This document shows positions 36,276-49,494 of a stretch of DNA of 64,000 nt, in pieces. Below the pieces are notes generated by a model that was not told the DNA's origin, searched no databases, and worked only from the letters and a program-made list of their open reading frames with translations. Position 1 is the first letter of the stretch. Every line of letters begins with the position of its first letter. Location: contig NC_086108.1 of the NCBI RefSeq assembly GCF_963921235.1, positions 87,360,001-87,424,000 of the forward strand. Reading direction: 5' to 3'. The position numbers and the translations under genes were made by a program. The DNA comes from Mobula hypostoma (Eukaryota).

Positions 36276-39200
36276 TCATCATCATCAACGATCACTCATG
36301 GTTGAGTATGATTCTTCTCCTGGTAGTTGATCTGGTCACTTGTGGGTCTAGAGAGGACTGACAAGGCCGATTTGTGATCCACAAGTTCTATCGCAGTGTT
36401 GGCAGGTGTAGGTCATGGAAGGGGTGGAGAGCGTAGCTGGTTGGGCCTTTCCCAGTTTCTCCTTACGTTGAAGCCACTTAGTCTCAGTGGCATGGTGGGG
36501 GTATTCTTTGAGCTTTGAAGTCCCCTCGTAGACAGTCCTTCTCCAGTTTTTCCTCCCCTGTGCTAATTTCTCCCATCCATCCAGGTTGATGTGGCACTTC
36601 CTCAGGTAGGTCTTGATATAGTCCTTGAACCACTTTTTCTGCCCTCCAAGAGCACGCATTGCATCCCTGAGTTGGCCAAACAGGAGTTGTTTAGGGAGGC
36701 AGGAGGCAGGAGACAGGCATATGGATGATGCGACTGACTCAATGCAATTGCCGTTGAGTCACAATTATGGCTATGGAGATAATGTTAGCTTCCTCCAGGA
36801 TGCTGGAGTTAGTATGCCTTTTCTTCCAGCTAACTCTCAGAATCTTGCAGAGGCATCTTTGATGGTAAGTTTCTAGAGATTTCATGTGCCTACTGTATGT
36901 TGTCCATGACTTCGCTCCATATAGCAAGGAGAGAAGAACTATAGCTTTATAGACCAGAAGCTTAGTGTTGGTCTTGATATCCCAATCTTCGAAAACCCTC
37001 TTCCTAAGCTTGGCCAGAATTCCAATTGCACTGTCTCTCTGCAATTTATTTCAAGGTCAATGTTCTCTCTTGAAGAAAGAAGGCTGCCAAGATATGAGAA
37101 ATGATCAGTGTCCTCTAGAGAGATGTTGTCAACTAGATGGTTGGAGGTTAGGAGCTTGATCTGGAGCAAGTTGGTGCAGGACTTAGGTTTTCTTGATGTT
37201 TAGATCAAGTCCCAGGAGCTTGTATGTTCTAGCAAAAGCTTCCATTATGCACTGCAGATTCTTCTTAGAGTGAGTTACAATGGTGTTGTCGTCTGCATAT
37301 TGCTCTTTGCCTTGAACCTTATTAAGGTTAAAGAGTCCACCATCTGTCCTATAGCAAATCTAGACTCCTCATAGGATGTCTTGGCCTGAAGTTAAGAATA
37401 GTTGTAATGAAAAAGGCAAACTTAGTTGGGGCAATGATGCACCCCTGTTTGACCCCAGTCACAACCTTAAAAGGTGCTGTTTCAGAGACACCACTGCTGA
37501 TGACTGTTGCACTTATATCATTGTGTAAGAGCTGCAGGATCTTGAAGTATTTCTCTGGACACCCTAATTTGGACAGTACCTGCCAAAGGGCAGGACGATT
37601 TACAGAGTCGGCTGCTTTTCTAAGGTCTATAAAGGCCTTATAAAGTGGGAAATTTTGTTCCTGGACTTTCCCTGCAATTAACATGCTGTAAAAGTCATGT
37701 CAGATGTTCCTTTGGCTGGAAGGAAGCCACACTGAGACTCAGGCTGGAGATCTTCTGTCAGAGTGAAAGCTGGTCACATAAAATTCAGGTGAGTACCTTT
37801 CCTGTTGTAGAGAGGAGGGAAATGCCTCTATAATTACCACGGTCAGCTTTGTCACCTTTTTTGAAGAGTGTGACAATCAGGATGTCCCTGAGTTCAGCTG
37901 AAATCTTCTCCTGGTCCTAGATCTTGACAAGCAGGTAATGAATATGATTTAGAAGTTCTGTGCCACTTTCCTTGAAGATCTCTGCTGGAATTCCATCAAG
38001 CTCAGTGGACTTCTTGTTCTTCATTTCTGGCAAGCTCTCTGCGCAACTTTGATACGAGAAGACTTACTCATGTCCTCCTTCTTGGGTCATTGTGGGATCT
38101 GGTTGATGAATTCAATGTCAACAGTAGCGTTATGATAAAGTAGCTCCTGAAAGTGTTCCTTCCATCAATAATTGACATCATCATTGTATTTTAGCAGTCT
38201 TTGTCCATCTTTGGAGCAAAAGGGGTTTAGGCCACGATGGTTTGGGCCATACACTGCCTTGGTAGTAATAAAGAAACCCCTGATATCACCAGAGTCAGCA
38301 AGCTGCTGTATTTCTAGGGCCCTCTCAGTCCACCACTGATTCTTTATTTTTCTTACTCTACACTGGACTATGGCCTTATCTTTGGAGTGGGCTTCTCTTT
38401 TTGCCTTGCAGTAGATGTCCTTCTGCCAGGCACAGAAAGCTTTCCTTTTTTTGCTGGTTAGCTCTTCTATTTCATTGTTATTTTCATCAAACCAATCTTT
38501 CTTTTTCCCAGTCTTGTATCCAATAATGTTTTACAAGCTTCAAGAATGGTGGTCTTCAGTGTGGTCCAGTGTGCTTCAATGCCCTCCAGGCACTGCTTTG
38601 GGAGTCCTTCAGAAAGGGCAGCCTGGAGATGTTGTACCTTCACTGTGTCTTTTAGGCTCTTGATGTTGAACCTGGGGTGGCTCAGCTTCTTTTGCACTCT
38701 ACTCTTCCGCTTGATTTTGATGGTTATTTGTGAGCAAATAAGCCAAAGGTCTGTCCAGCCATTATCAGCACTGATCGTGGCTCTTGTATTCTCTACGTCT
38801 CTGCGATCCCTCCTCCAAACAATGACCTAATCTATAAAATGCTAAGTCTTTGAACAGAGATGCATCCATGAAGTTTTCACCTTATTTCTCTGGCAGAGCA
38901 AGGTGTTGCTGATGGTCAGGTCATGTTCAGCACACTTGGAGAGTAAGAGGACCCCACTGGAGTTGATGTTGCCAACATCTTCCTTCCCAATTGTGCCTTT
39001 CTGGGAGTCAATGTCCCTGCCAACTCTAGCATTGAAGTCTCCAAAAGAGTGAGCTCATCATCCTTGGAAATATCTTACAGTACGCTGTCCGGGTCAGTAT
39101 AGAAGGTCTCCTTAACACCATCTGGTGAGTCTAGAGTTGGAGCATAGGCACTCACAGCTGTAGCCATTTGTTTGTTAGCGACGTTAGAGTGCATGGTCAT

Positions 39201-40207
39201 GAGGCATTCATTGATGCCAAGTGGCAATTCGGAAAGGTGACTGATGGTGCTGTTTTTTTATGGCAAATCCAACTCTGTGGATTCTGGATTCATCTGCTGG
39301 TTTCTCCTTCCAGAAAACAGTGTACCACCCCTTGTCCTTCAATTGTCCTTCCCCGGTCAACTGCGTTTCAGAGTGGACGGCAAGGTCAAGTTGGAATCTT
39401 CTGAACTCTCTTGAGATCATGGCCGTATATCTTTGAAGATGATCACTGGTTTCACTGTCCATAAGTGTCTGCACATTCCAGGCTCCAAAATTCATATGCT
39501 TTGCTTCAGGCCGCAGTTTGGTAATCCCACTGGGTGCGGTAATCCAGTCAGAAGTGAAGAGGCAGGCTGTTTTTAGGGTACCCTTTCTAGTCCATTCCCC
39601 TTGTGGGATGAGCTGAGCGGGTCCAGAATAGGACTGCTCAGTCATGGGTGCAACTACCGAAAAGTTTTATCTTCCTCAGTCCAAGAGCAAGACACCTGTA
39701 TCTAACACCCACAGCCAGTGTGCCAGGTTGTGGCTCTGGAGTTCCCAGACCTCACTGTCCTGCTCTTATCACCAGTTCCTGATCATCACAGGGTTTTGTC
39801 CAAGTTGATCAATCAGGAGAAAAACATGTGTTTGAGGTCCTTTAAAGTGGGGAGACTGAGGCACAAGCAGTCACTACACGGTACTTGACAGAGAAAGGTC
39901 CAGAATCCAAAAACATGGAGACCAAGACAATTGGGAGCCATCTTCTGCTGCAGCCTTCTTCTGCCTTCACAGCCGTTGTGGTGGTCCTCATAGTTCCAAG
40001 ATTCTAGAGACCCTAGTTTACCACCATCTTTCCTTCTGCTCCATCGTTGAGGTCTTGGTTGGACTGCACTACGTCTGGATCCTTCCCCTTGACCTTATCG
40101 CTATGGATGACCCTACCAGGAGCTAAACTCCAGACAGTATCGCTTTCAGGTTCTCAGGATCACACAAGCCTCTCCACTGTGACAAGGTGGTGGTACCCCA
40201 GAGAGAA
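36276..40207 (-). mobile_element. Full-length but degenerate RTE-clade LINE (~3.9 kb)
   Basis: FGAWNVQTL..SETQL.GEGQL..VGFAIK (APE), AFIDLRKA, GVKQGCIIAP (RT), C-terminal CQHCDRTC.SQIGL; (TGA)n tail; near-TSD GGCAAAAAAGCA 36264-36275 and GGCAAAAAGAAGCA 40208-40221. Confidence 0.92.
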
Positions 40208-41599
40208 GGCAAAAAGAAGCAATACCAAGAGCAGCACCTACAACAACCGATGTTCTCAATCTGGCCCTCATAGACATTTACTTGTGAAAGTGCCTTTTCT
40301 CAACTGAAGCTTTCACTGAGGCATGACAATCAAGTCCCAAGGTAGTTCTGTCCCATTAGCACCAGGATGTCTCGCAGAGGCAGCCATCTCACTGGTGATC
40401 CAGCCAGCTAACCATGATACTAATCTAGCAAGTAGATTATGCAGTCAGGATGGCATTAATAATTCCAAATACAGAAAAGTGTTCCAGTTTTAAAATTCTG
40501 TGCTATATCACAAAAATTTACTTGGCTCCAGAAAGTCTTTCTGGACAGTCATAGAAACAGTGAGCATTGAGCTTACTAGTCTAACACAGAACTTAATAGA
40601 GGCTAAACCTACTAGACAGTATCTGCTATGTTTTGTACTCAGCTCCAAAGTTCAAGTTTCTTTGACATTATATTCAGGAATAGTGTTGAATGATGATGTG
40701 CTACCATGTGACAAGTTTAGCACTACCAATCAGGATCAAGTTTCTGAGTAACAATATTTAGACAATTAAACTCTATCTTCAACCCTAACTCCAGAATTAC
40801 TTCTCTCTCTGCTTCTCAATACCTACCTCTACTCCGATACTATGTTTCTTGCTTACGACCATGCTTTTGGTCATCTGTCCTAAAATAGCTCTGAGTTCAT
40901 TTATTTTTTATGAGGATTTTATATGATATACATTAGGACTTTTTTACTACTTAGGAGGTACTTCATCGACTAAGTTGTTGTTATCATTGTAGTGGATTGC
41001 TGAGCTACAGAATTTTTATACTATCTTATTCTGGGGCAGGAAGATTCATGAGAAAATATAAAATAGGCTGATGCTTGGAAAGTCTGCCTGGTGGAAGTAA
41101 GTTGCACTTAGTGTAACATAAAATATAAATTCTTTATTATACAAAAAAATTGTTGAAAGCTTCAGAACAGATGAAAGATGTGCTAGCGTTCATTCAAAGG
41201 AAATGTATAACACAAGGCTGTTTGTTTTGATGAGGCAGCTCAGGATAGAAAATATAGACCAGACTGTTATCTGATCTGTGATTGAATCCCAGTGGGGAAC
41301 CCAAGGTCTGAAATAAGCAAAAGGAACTCTTTCAGTCTCAGCAAGGTAGTCTCATTATAAGTGCATTCAATATGAAGTCGTTCATGATTTGAAACAGCAA
41401 TTTCAGACTCATTCCAGGACAACAAAATATTTTAATCACAGTGAGGTGTATTTGGGAACTATATCTCTACTTAATCAGTGGTCAGTTTGCCATGTTCCTT
41501 GTGGAATCTTAATGGAAACAGTCTACCAACCTAAAAATAATCCTACTTCGTGTTTTTCGATTATTAGCTAATCTTCAAATACAAAACAGTATATTTAAC

Positions 41600-42720
41600 A
41601 CTAACTACTATTTCTAAATGTTCTGTAAGTTCACCTAACTTGTTGCATTTACTGCATACATTCAAATATAACAGCTTCAATGCTTTATTCACGACCCCTC
41701 TTTTCAAATTTGTATCCACATTGCCTCAAGTTAAATTCTTATCCTTTCCTAAACTTTGTCTTTTTCTATTCTGGAGACCTCAGTAACCTCTCCTGTACTC
41801 TCTTTCCCTTTTGCTTTATCTATTCTTTTCCAATTTGTTGAAACCACCACCTACTATCTAGATTAAAGCCCTATCCACAGCGATTTGCCAGGACCCTCGA
41901 CCCTGCATGGTTCAGGTGGAACCCATCCCCCTCTCCTATACTGGTGCCAATGTTCCACAAATTCAGACCCACTTGTCCAACATTAATCTTTGAGCCACAC
42001 ACTTCACTCTCTAATTTTATTGACCCTGTGTCAATTTGCACATGACTCAAGTAACAATGCAGAGGTTATTACCCTTTGGGTTTTGCCAGTTTTCATTTAG
42101 TGTGTAGCTGTTCATATTCACTCATTTGGACCTTTTTTTGGTTCTGCCTAAATCATTGGTACCCACATAGACCACGACAACCGAACCTTTCCCTTCCCTC
42201 TCCAAGTTCCTCTGCAAGTCAGTTCTGAGGAATCCAGTCACCAGGCAAGAAACAAAGCCTTCGGGACTCTTGATCTTTGCAGCAGAGAATTTTTTCTATT
42301 GCCCTGATTATCCTATTCATAATTAGAACTGCTTTTCTCTTCTCTCCCCACCTCTTGAAAGGCTCCCTGAACCATGGTGCCATTGTTCGGTTGCTCATCC
42401 TTCTGACCACACCCATTCTTATTTGTGCAGCGAGCAACAATCTCAGAACTACTGGATGATCACAAGGGCTGAAGCTCCTCCAATACCACCTCCTGGATCG
42501 CCCTCACTCCTCACTCATAGTCACACCCTCTTCCTCCTGACCACAGACTGCCTCCTGAAATATAGCAGTCAGGTAACTCTCCAGCTCTCTGATGTGTCAA
42601 AGTGTTAGAAGCTTAGATTCCAGGCCATCGGATTTGAATGTGAGTTGCCGGATCAGCCAGCACTTGCTGCTGATGTCATCACCAAAACGAGGTCCTCCAG
42701 CTCCCACATTACACAACTGC
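41600..42720 (-). mobile_element. Old CR1 ORF1/ORF1-ORF2 junction fragment
   Basis: KRKAVLI.NRIIRAIE..LCCKDQESRRLCFLPG resembles CR1 ORF1 esterase start. Confidence 0.65.
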
Positions 42721-43396
42721 AACATATCACCTGTTCCTGCACCCCTACTTTATTTAGTTTGTTGTAATTTTATGGCTTTTTGTTTAATTACTATGTTGTC
42801 AGTCTCCTCATTTAAGTCTCAAGCACAAGCCAACTAGTCTGCATTGGAACCGCCTGTTCTAAGACTATCGAACTTTTATGATAAGGACTCTTGACCTCAC
42901 AGTCAACCTTGTTGTGACCTTGCACCTTCTTGTCTGTCTGCACTGCACATTCTATGTAACTATAACCCTTTATTCTGCATTCTGTTGCTGTTTTACCCTT
43001 GTATTACCCCAGTGTGCTGATATAATAAATGATTTTATGGATGGCATATAAACAGAGGTTTTTCACTGTACCTTGGTAGACATGACAATAGTAAACTAAT
43101 TTACCTCCTTAACAATAGATTCTTGCATTTCTCTACTGCTGATATAACTGGTCTGTTGTTCCTTCCTTTCTTGAATAATAGGATTATATTTGGGACTTTT
43201 CAGCCTGTGGGAACCATTCTGCAATCCAGGGAATTCTAGAAGATAAAAGATGTACATCCATTATCTTTATAGACAACTCTATTAAAACCTTGGATTATGG
43301 TCATCAGCTCCTGAGGATTTATTGCCTTTTAATCCCATTAATTTTTCCAGTGCTTCCTTTTAAAAAATGCTAGTGTCTTTCAACCTCACATTCACT

Positions 43397-43805
43397 ATTG
43401 AATTGAATTGACTTTATTACTTACATCTTTCATATACACGAGGAGTAAAAACCTTTATGTTACGTCGCAGTCTAAATGTGCAATTTATAGTAATTTATAA
43501 TAAATAATTACAACAGGACAGTCAATATAATATAGCAATACTGTTGTGTCAGCTTGGATTAAGCAGTCTGATGGCCTGGTGGAAGAAGATGTCCCAGAGC
43601 CTGATGGTCCTGGCTTTTATGCTGCGGTACCGTTTCCCGGATGGTTTGTAATTGCAGTGACTTGGGTCCCCAATGATCCTTTGGGCTCTTTTTACACACC
43701 TGTCCTTGTAAATGTTCCGAATAGCGGGAAATTCATATCTACAGATGCGCTGGGCTGTCTGCACCACTCTCTGCAGAAGTCCTGCAATTGAGGGAAGTAC
43801 AGTTG
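43397..43805 (-). mobile_element. Rex1 3' fragment inside an older CR1 remnant (~43110-44405)
   Basis: TAQRIC..IYKDRCVKRAQRIIGDPSH; (ATTGA)n tail; same family as 27980-30950. Confidence 0.85.
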
Positions 43806-44409
43806 CTCTCCACTAATTTTCCTTCTTCTTCAACATAATTTTTCCAGTGTCGGTTGATGAGAGACATATACTAAATTTTGCTTAATCTTTTCCTATTTTA
43901 CATTTCAAAGGTAAATTTAATAGTCTGGCTTTATGATTTTTATGAGATTGTTCTCATATTCTACTTTCCTGCAGAGTATTGCCTTTCCTTAGTGGAATCA
44001 GAAATGTTTCCAATGCTTTGTGTAGCTCCTGTTTTTTTTTTGCAATATCATTAAGTCTTTCAGTCCCAGCCTAAAGCATCATCTGCTGCCTGATTTGCTG
44101 AGTTCCTCCAGCATTTTGTGTCTGTTGAATGCCTTTATCTTTCAGCTAATGCATTGAAAGAAAGAGGACGACCAGGATGACTTATTTTAGGGTTTTCAGG
44201 CTTTTCTTTGTTGTAAACTATTTATTAATTCTTTAAATGAGAGCTGTTATTCATTTATTGTCATACCCTTTAATATAGTTTCCTATTCTACCTTGGGCAA
44301 CTTATGCCTCGTATCTTCATAATTGCTTCATTTTGATTAAGGACCTTGGTTTCAGATCAAGCAAAATCACTTTGAAACTGTATATAAGAGTCCACCATAT
44401 TATGATGGA

Positions 44410-45030
44410 AAGCGGCCACATATGTTGTTTGGATAGTAAAGATGGCATGTGGCAAGCTTGCTTTTATTAGTTAAGGCATGGAGATCCAGAGTTAGGAAGC
44501 CATGTTGGAGCTTTATAAATCTCTGGTTAGACCACATTTGGATGTGGAGAATATAAGAGAGGGTGCTGGAGAGGTCTATCAGGATGCTTCCTGGATTAGT
44601 TGGTATGTGCTATAAGGAGAGGTTAGACAAACTTGGGTTGTTTTCTCTGGAGCAGCAGAGACTGAAGAGAGACCTGAGAGACATTTATAGAATTATGAGA
44701 GGCATAGATCAAGTAGACAGCCATATCTCTTTTTTCCCCAGGGTACAAATGTTTCCACACGGGTTCCCTCCACATTTCAAGGATGTATGGGGTTAGTAAG
44801 TCCTTTCCTGCTGAGGGGTCTCAGCCAAAAATGTTGACTGTACTCTTTTCTATAGATGCTGCCTGGTCTGCTGAGTTCCTGCAGTATTTTGTATGTGTTG
44901 CTTCTGTTTCCAGCATCTGCAGATTTTCTCTTGTTTGGGGTTAATAGGTTCATTGGTCACGTAGGTGTATTTGGGCACCACGTGCTCATTGGTCTGCAAG
45001 GGCCTGTTACTATGTTGTGTTTCTGCATAA
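44410..45030 (+). mobile_element. CR1 3' fragment followed by a V-SINE-like fragment containing a Penelope pseudo-LTR (44800-44935)
   Basis: RMLPGL..YKERLDKLGLFSLE; CCTCCACATTTCAAGGATGT; GATGCTGCCTGG.CTGCTGAGTTCC. Confidence 0.7.
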
Positions 45031-45239
45031 CTAAATAAGTGTAAAGGATAAGACTCCTCCAGCATTACCTTCTCAATCTCCATTACCTCATTCACATATT
45101 GTCCACTTTCCTCTGTCTCTTGACTGACATTACCTAATCTAATTGATGGAACAATTTGGCCAGGTAAGTTTACCCACCTGATGCACCACCAAGTCCAAAT
45201 CTCAGATTCTTGCTTATCAATCAATTTTAAGCAACATAC

Positions 45240-46165
45240 CCTGTACATCAATGCTGTTAAGGGTCCTGCCTATTAACTGCATACTTTCCCTTTCCATTAG
45301 ACCTTCCCAAGGGCAATACCTCAGATTCGCTCGGATTAAACTCCATCTGTCATTTCCCTGCCAATGTCTATGCCTGCACTACATTCTACCATATCCTTTG
45401 ACTCCCCTCTACTGTCCACCAATCTTAGTGCTGTCTGTAAATTTACTAATCCATCATACACAATTTCATCTGAGTGATTTACATCTATCATACAGAGCAA
45501 AGAACCCAGCACCAATCCCAGTGGTCATGGACTTCCAGCCAGAATGATACCAGTCCACCACTCACTTCTATCTTCTAAAAGCAAGTCAATTCTGAATCCA
45601 GATTATCAAGTGAGCATGGATCCCTTGCATCTTAATCTTCCTTAGAGAGGATGCATCTCTCTATCAGCTCTAATGAGCCTTTTTCTGTTGTACTGCATGT
45701 TCCTGAGGCCATAGAGTTATCAACAACCACAGCATAGAAACAGGCTTATCAGCCCATCTTGTCCATGACAAACCACACCTGGACCACAGCTCTCCATACC
45801 GCTGCCATCCATGTGCCTGGCTAACCTTTAATTATGCTAAAGTAGCAACTGAACCCACACCTACAACTTCTGCAGCTCATTCCACACTTGCTCTGAGTGA
45901 AGTAGTTTCCCCCCCCCCCAGCCCAGGTTCCCTTTAAATATTTCACCTTTCACTCTAAACCTATTGCCTCCAGCTCTAGTCTAATCAAACCTCATGGGAA
46001 AAAGCCTGCATGTATTTACCCTATCTATACCCCATATAAATTTGTGCACCTCTCAGATCTCCCCTCATTCTCCTACGCTCCAGGGAATGAAGTCCTCACC
46101 TATTCAACCTTTCCCTGTAATTTACGTCTTTCAGCCCCGATAGCATCCTTGTAAGTTTTCTCTCC
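45240..46165 (-). mobile_element. Two degenerate CR1 fragments
   Basis: Reverse complement of RT region (45240-45640) and of 3' end (45715-46165). Confidence 0.65.
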
Positions 46166-47509
46166 CTTGGAGTTTGGACATTGTACTCCTCTTCTGGGAT
46201 TCAGTATCACAACAGAGGCAGTGTACTGTGCTTGATGATGGGATTTTGCAGAGCTGGGAGGCACAGAGAGCTACATGGAAAACTTGACCAAGTCAGTGCA
46301 AATTGTATCAGAGTATACTCCAGGCTTTCCGCACCACATTCCAACACAAGAAAGCTTTGCATAGAGTAACTCAATGAATTAAAATTTTCCCATCAACTCC
46401 CAGCCCTGTGCTACCAAGTTCTCAACTTGCTTTCAGCGGTGAGCTGTGGAGACTCCCGAAACCTCTGTGAGCAGAGCTCCAGCTCAAAACTCCTGATAAT
46501 ATTGTTCTTAATGAGCAATTAACGTGATAAAATTGTTCCTCAGAGATTAGTGTCCTCTGGCAACCATACTAGGCCTGGCTTTTCAGATATACTTAATTAA
46601 TTTTGGCCCATATGTTGCTAGTAGATTGTGGTGACGGGAATTGGACTTTTGTCTCACATCATTAGTTCAGGTCTCATTACAATAGTTCAATATTTTAACT
46701 GTTGATCTACCCTGTGGATTGGATAAGTGAAAATCTTAGGGCCAGGTGTCAGCCTGCATATTAATGTTGAGGGACTAAAAAGATAGCAATTTATAAATTT
46801 GAGTAGAAGTAAAGAATAGAGGAAATGGAGGGAAATGGTCATGTACAGTCAAAGAGAATTAGTTTAATTTGCTGTACACATTGTGGGCTGAAGTGCCTGT
46901 TCTATGTTCTAAAGTTTTTCAAGAGGTCGAATACTTCCTCCTCCTCCTCCATATTGACATGAGGCATATCAACATATCAATACTGAGACAAAGTACTCAC
47001 TTAGTACCATGCTCACTTCCTCCAATTCTATGATTATTCCAGGTGTACAGATTATAGCTCCTTACAGATGGATCAGGTGGATAAATGATGCTTTCTTTCC
47101 ATGGTTTCTAATTACATCATGTTGACATGATGAGGCTAATCAGAATGAATGACCACTTTGGTTTCTGCTGACTTAGCAGAGACACAAGACATCATCACTC
47201 AAAGCAACCATTAATCATTGCAGAGATTAAAACAGAACACATTGTAACATCTTAGGTTAGGCATTATATGTGAAATGCTTCAAGATGAGGACTCCTGATC
47301 GGAGCTTATTTCATCAGAATTTCTTTCAGACTTTCTCTATTATCATTCCAGAGTTATCTACAGGGCTCATATTCTATCAAGAAGAGTTACCACAGTTGAG
47401 TGTAACATTCCCAAGGAACTTCCGTGTGACTTCACCCTCTGAGAATCCATCACCTCTGATTTCCTTGTACTTCTTGTAGACTTGCTGGCTGTTTGGCTCC
47501 TCATAAAGG

Positions 47510-47700
47510 ATGGCGCAGTGCTGCAGCTAGTAGGGCTGTAGTAACCAAGGTTCAGCTTTGACCTCACTACTATCTATGTGAAGTTTACACGTTCTCCCTG
47601 GGCCCACGTGGGTTTCCTCTAGCTGCTCCAACTTCCTTCTGCATCCCAAAGACGTGCAGCTCAGTAGATTAATTGACCATCATAAATTGCCCCTAATCAT
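47510..47700 (+). mobile_element. V-SINE/HE1-like SINE
   Basis: GTGAAGTTTACACGTTCTCCC..CGTGGGTTTCCTC..GCTCC..TTCC..CATCCCAAAGACGTGC central domain. Confidence 0.75.
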
Positions 47701-47774
47701 AGAGTCATGGAGTTAGATAGCACGGAATCAGGCCCTTCATACCAATCCATCCTTGCCAACCAACTTGTACTTGA

Positions 47775-48140
47775 AACGGAGGTACCTTTTTCTCCCTTAT
47801 TAGGGAGAGAAAGAGCCTGTGGTATGTCGAATACTGGGTGAACGAACTGGAGTACTGCAAGTCTGTGTCTTTGCTGTTGCTTTGCTCACGCTTGAGTGCG
47901 CAGCGGCGGGTGCCGATGCTTTTTTTTGCCGGTGGGGGGAGGGGCGATCATCGCTTGCTGCTGCTTACGCGCAGGAGGGGGGGGAGCTGGTGGGGGAGGA
48001 CTTTGGGGTTCTAATATTTAACTGTCATTTATTCTTTGGGGGCACTCTGTTTTCGTGGATGGTTGCGAAGAAAAAGCATTTCAGGATATATATTGTATAC
48101 ATTTCTCTGACATTAAATGTACCTTTGAAACCTTTGAAAC
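47775..48140 (+). mobile_element. CpG-retaining SINE-like element inserted in a CR1 3' fragment
   Basis: (CCTTTGAAA)n tail; CTTGAA repeated on both sides. Confidence 0.6.
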
Positions 48141-49494
48141 TTGAATTAGTCTAAATTCCCTATATTTGGCCAATATCCCTCTAAACCTTTTCTCTGCAAG
48201 TACAGCATCTGTCTAAGTATCTTTTAAATCTTGCAAATGTACCTGCCTATTCTTCTTCCTATGACATCTCATTCCATATACCACAAGCCTTTGCATGAAA
48301 AGGCTGCCTCCAGGATCTCTTTAGACAGAAGAAGATAAAATAGCAACATTTATGACACATTTAGGCAGACAAATAAACTGGTGTGGAATAGAGGGACACA
48401 GACCATGTGAAGGGAATATGATTCGTTTAATTTGGCGCCATGGTTGATGCAGACTTAGTGGGCTGAAAGGCCTGTAATGTGCTGTAATTTTATATGTTCC
48501 CATGTATCTAACACACACAAAGCATTCGGCAGTGATTATGCACCAATAAATGTTGGAGGCACATACAAGAATGTCCTGAACCCCTGGAGGAAGAGGATCA
48601 GAAGGAGAAGCAGGAAAGAGAATGAAATAATGAAAGAACAGCCAACGTCACTAGCTGGGGGAGCCTCATCACTTATACCCCAGCCAGATGCCTCTGACAA
48701 CATGTTACCAAACAGTACTTCCCTGCCACTCCCAGCAAACCCAAACTCATTCCGCAAGCATTCATGCTTTGTTACCACGCCACTTTATTACCTTCCAGCA
48801 ATCCATTAATTACCATTGCATGCACATTAAAAAGCCAATTGCCAATTGAAAAGAAAAATGTAATGTTTATGTATGTCCAAGGAACTAAAACCTAACACTT
48901 GTAATATTGTTTCAAACTGCCTAATGTAGGACTTCCCAACCTTTTTTATGCCATGGACCAATACCATGGGGTTTGTGGACCTCAGGCTGGGAACCCCTGG
49001 TCTAATGGAAATCTTGTGCACTAACACATCTTGAATCTTCCTAGTGCATTTTCTACAAGGTTTGTTCTGTGTAAGCTCAGGACAGCTGCAATTCAGTTCA
49101 ATGGAAAAATCTAGTCATCACTTCCTGGTGTTGGCTAGTTGGTTTGTTGCTCCATCTGCGGGGAATATGATGCCTTGATGGGGCCCTCCCCAGCTAACAC
49201 TATGATAGGTTTCTTCTCACCCTTCCTTCATCTGGTTCTGCTTCCATCTGCCATTCACCTTTTGCCTAGATGTTCCCGTTATCAGTTTTCACCATGTAAC
49301 CTTTCAGGTTCTGTTTATTGCCTTCCAGCTGCCATCAACTCCTTCTCCCTCCCCTCTCCTCAACTCATTCCTTACCCTCTTTTTCTCTTGTCTCCCTCCT
49401 CTTATCATTCAACACACACTAAATGCTGGAAGAACTCAGCACATCAGGTAGCATCTACGGAGAGGAATAAATAGTCAACATTGTAGGCCATTAC

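Noticed and set aside
35926..36288. 120-aa ORF starting with poly-Met
   Set aside because: The start is the RTE (TGA)n tail followed by a pyrimidine tract
48477..48809. 110-aa ORF with a basic patch
   Set aside because: Purine-rich low-complexity origin, no convincing splice sites on that strand, no recognised homology
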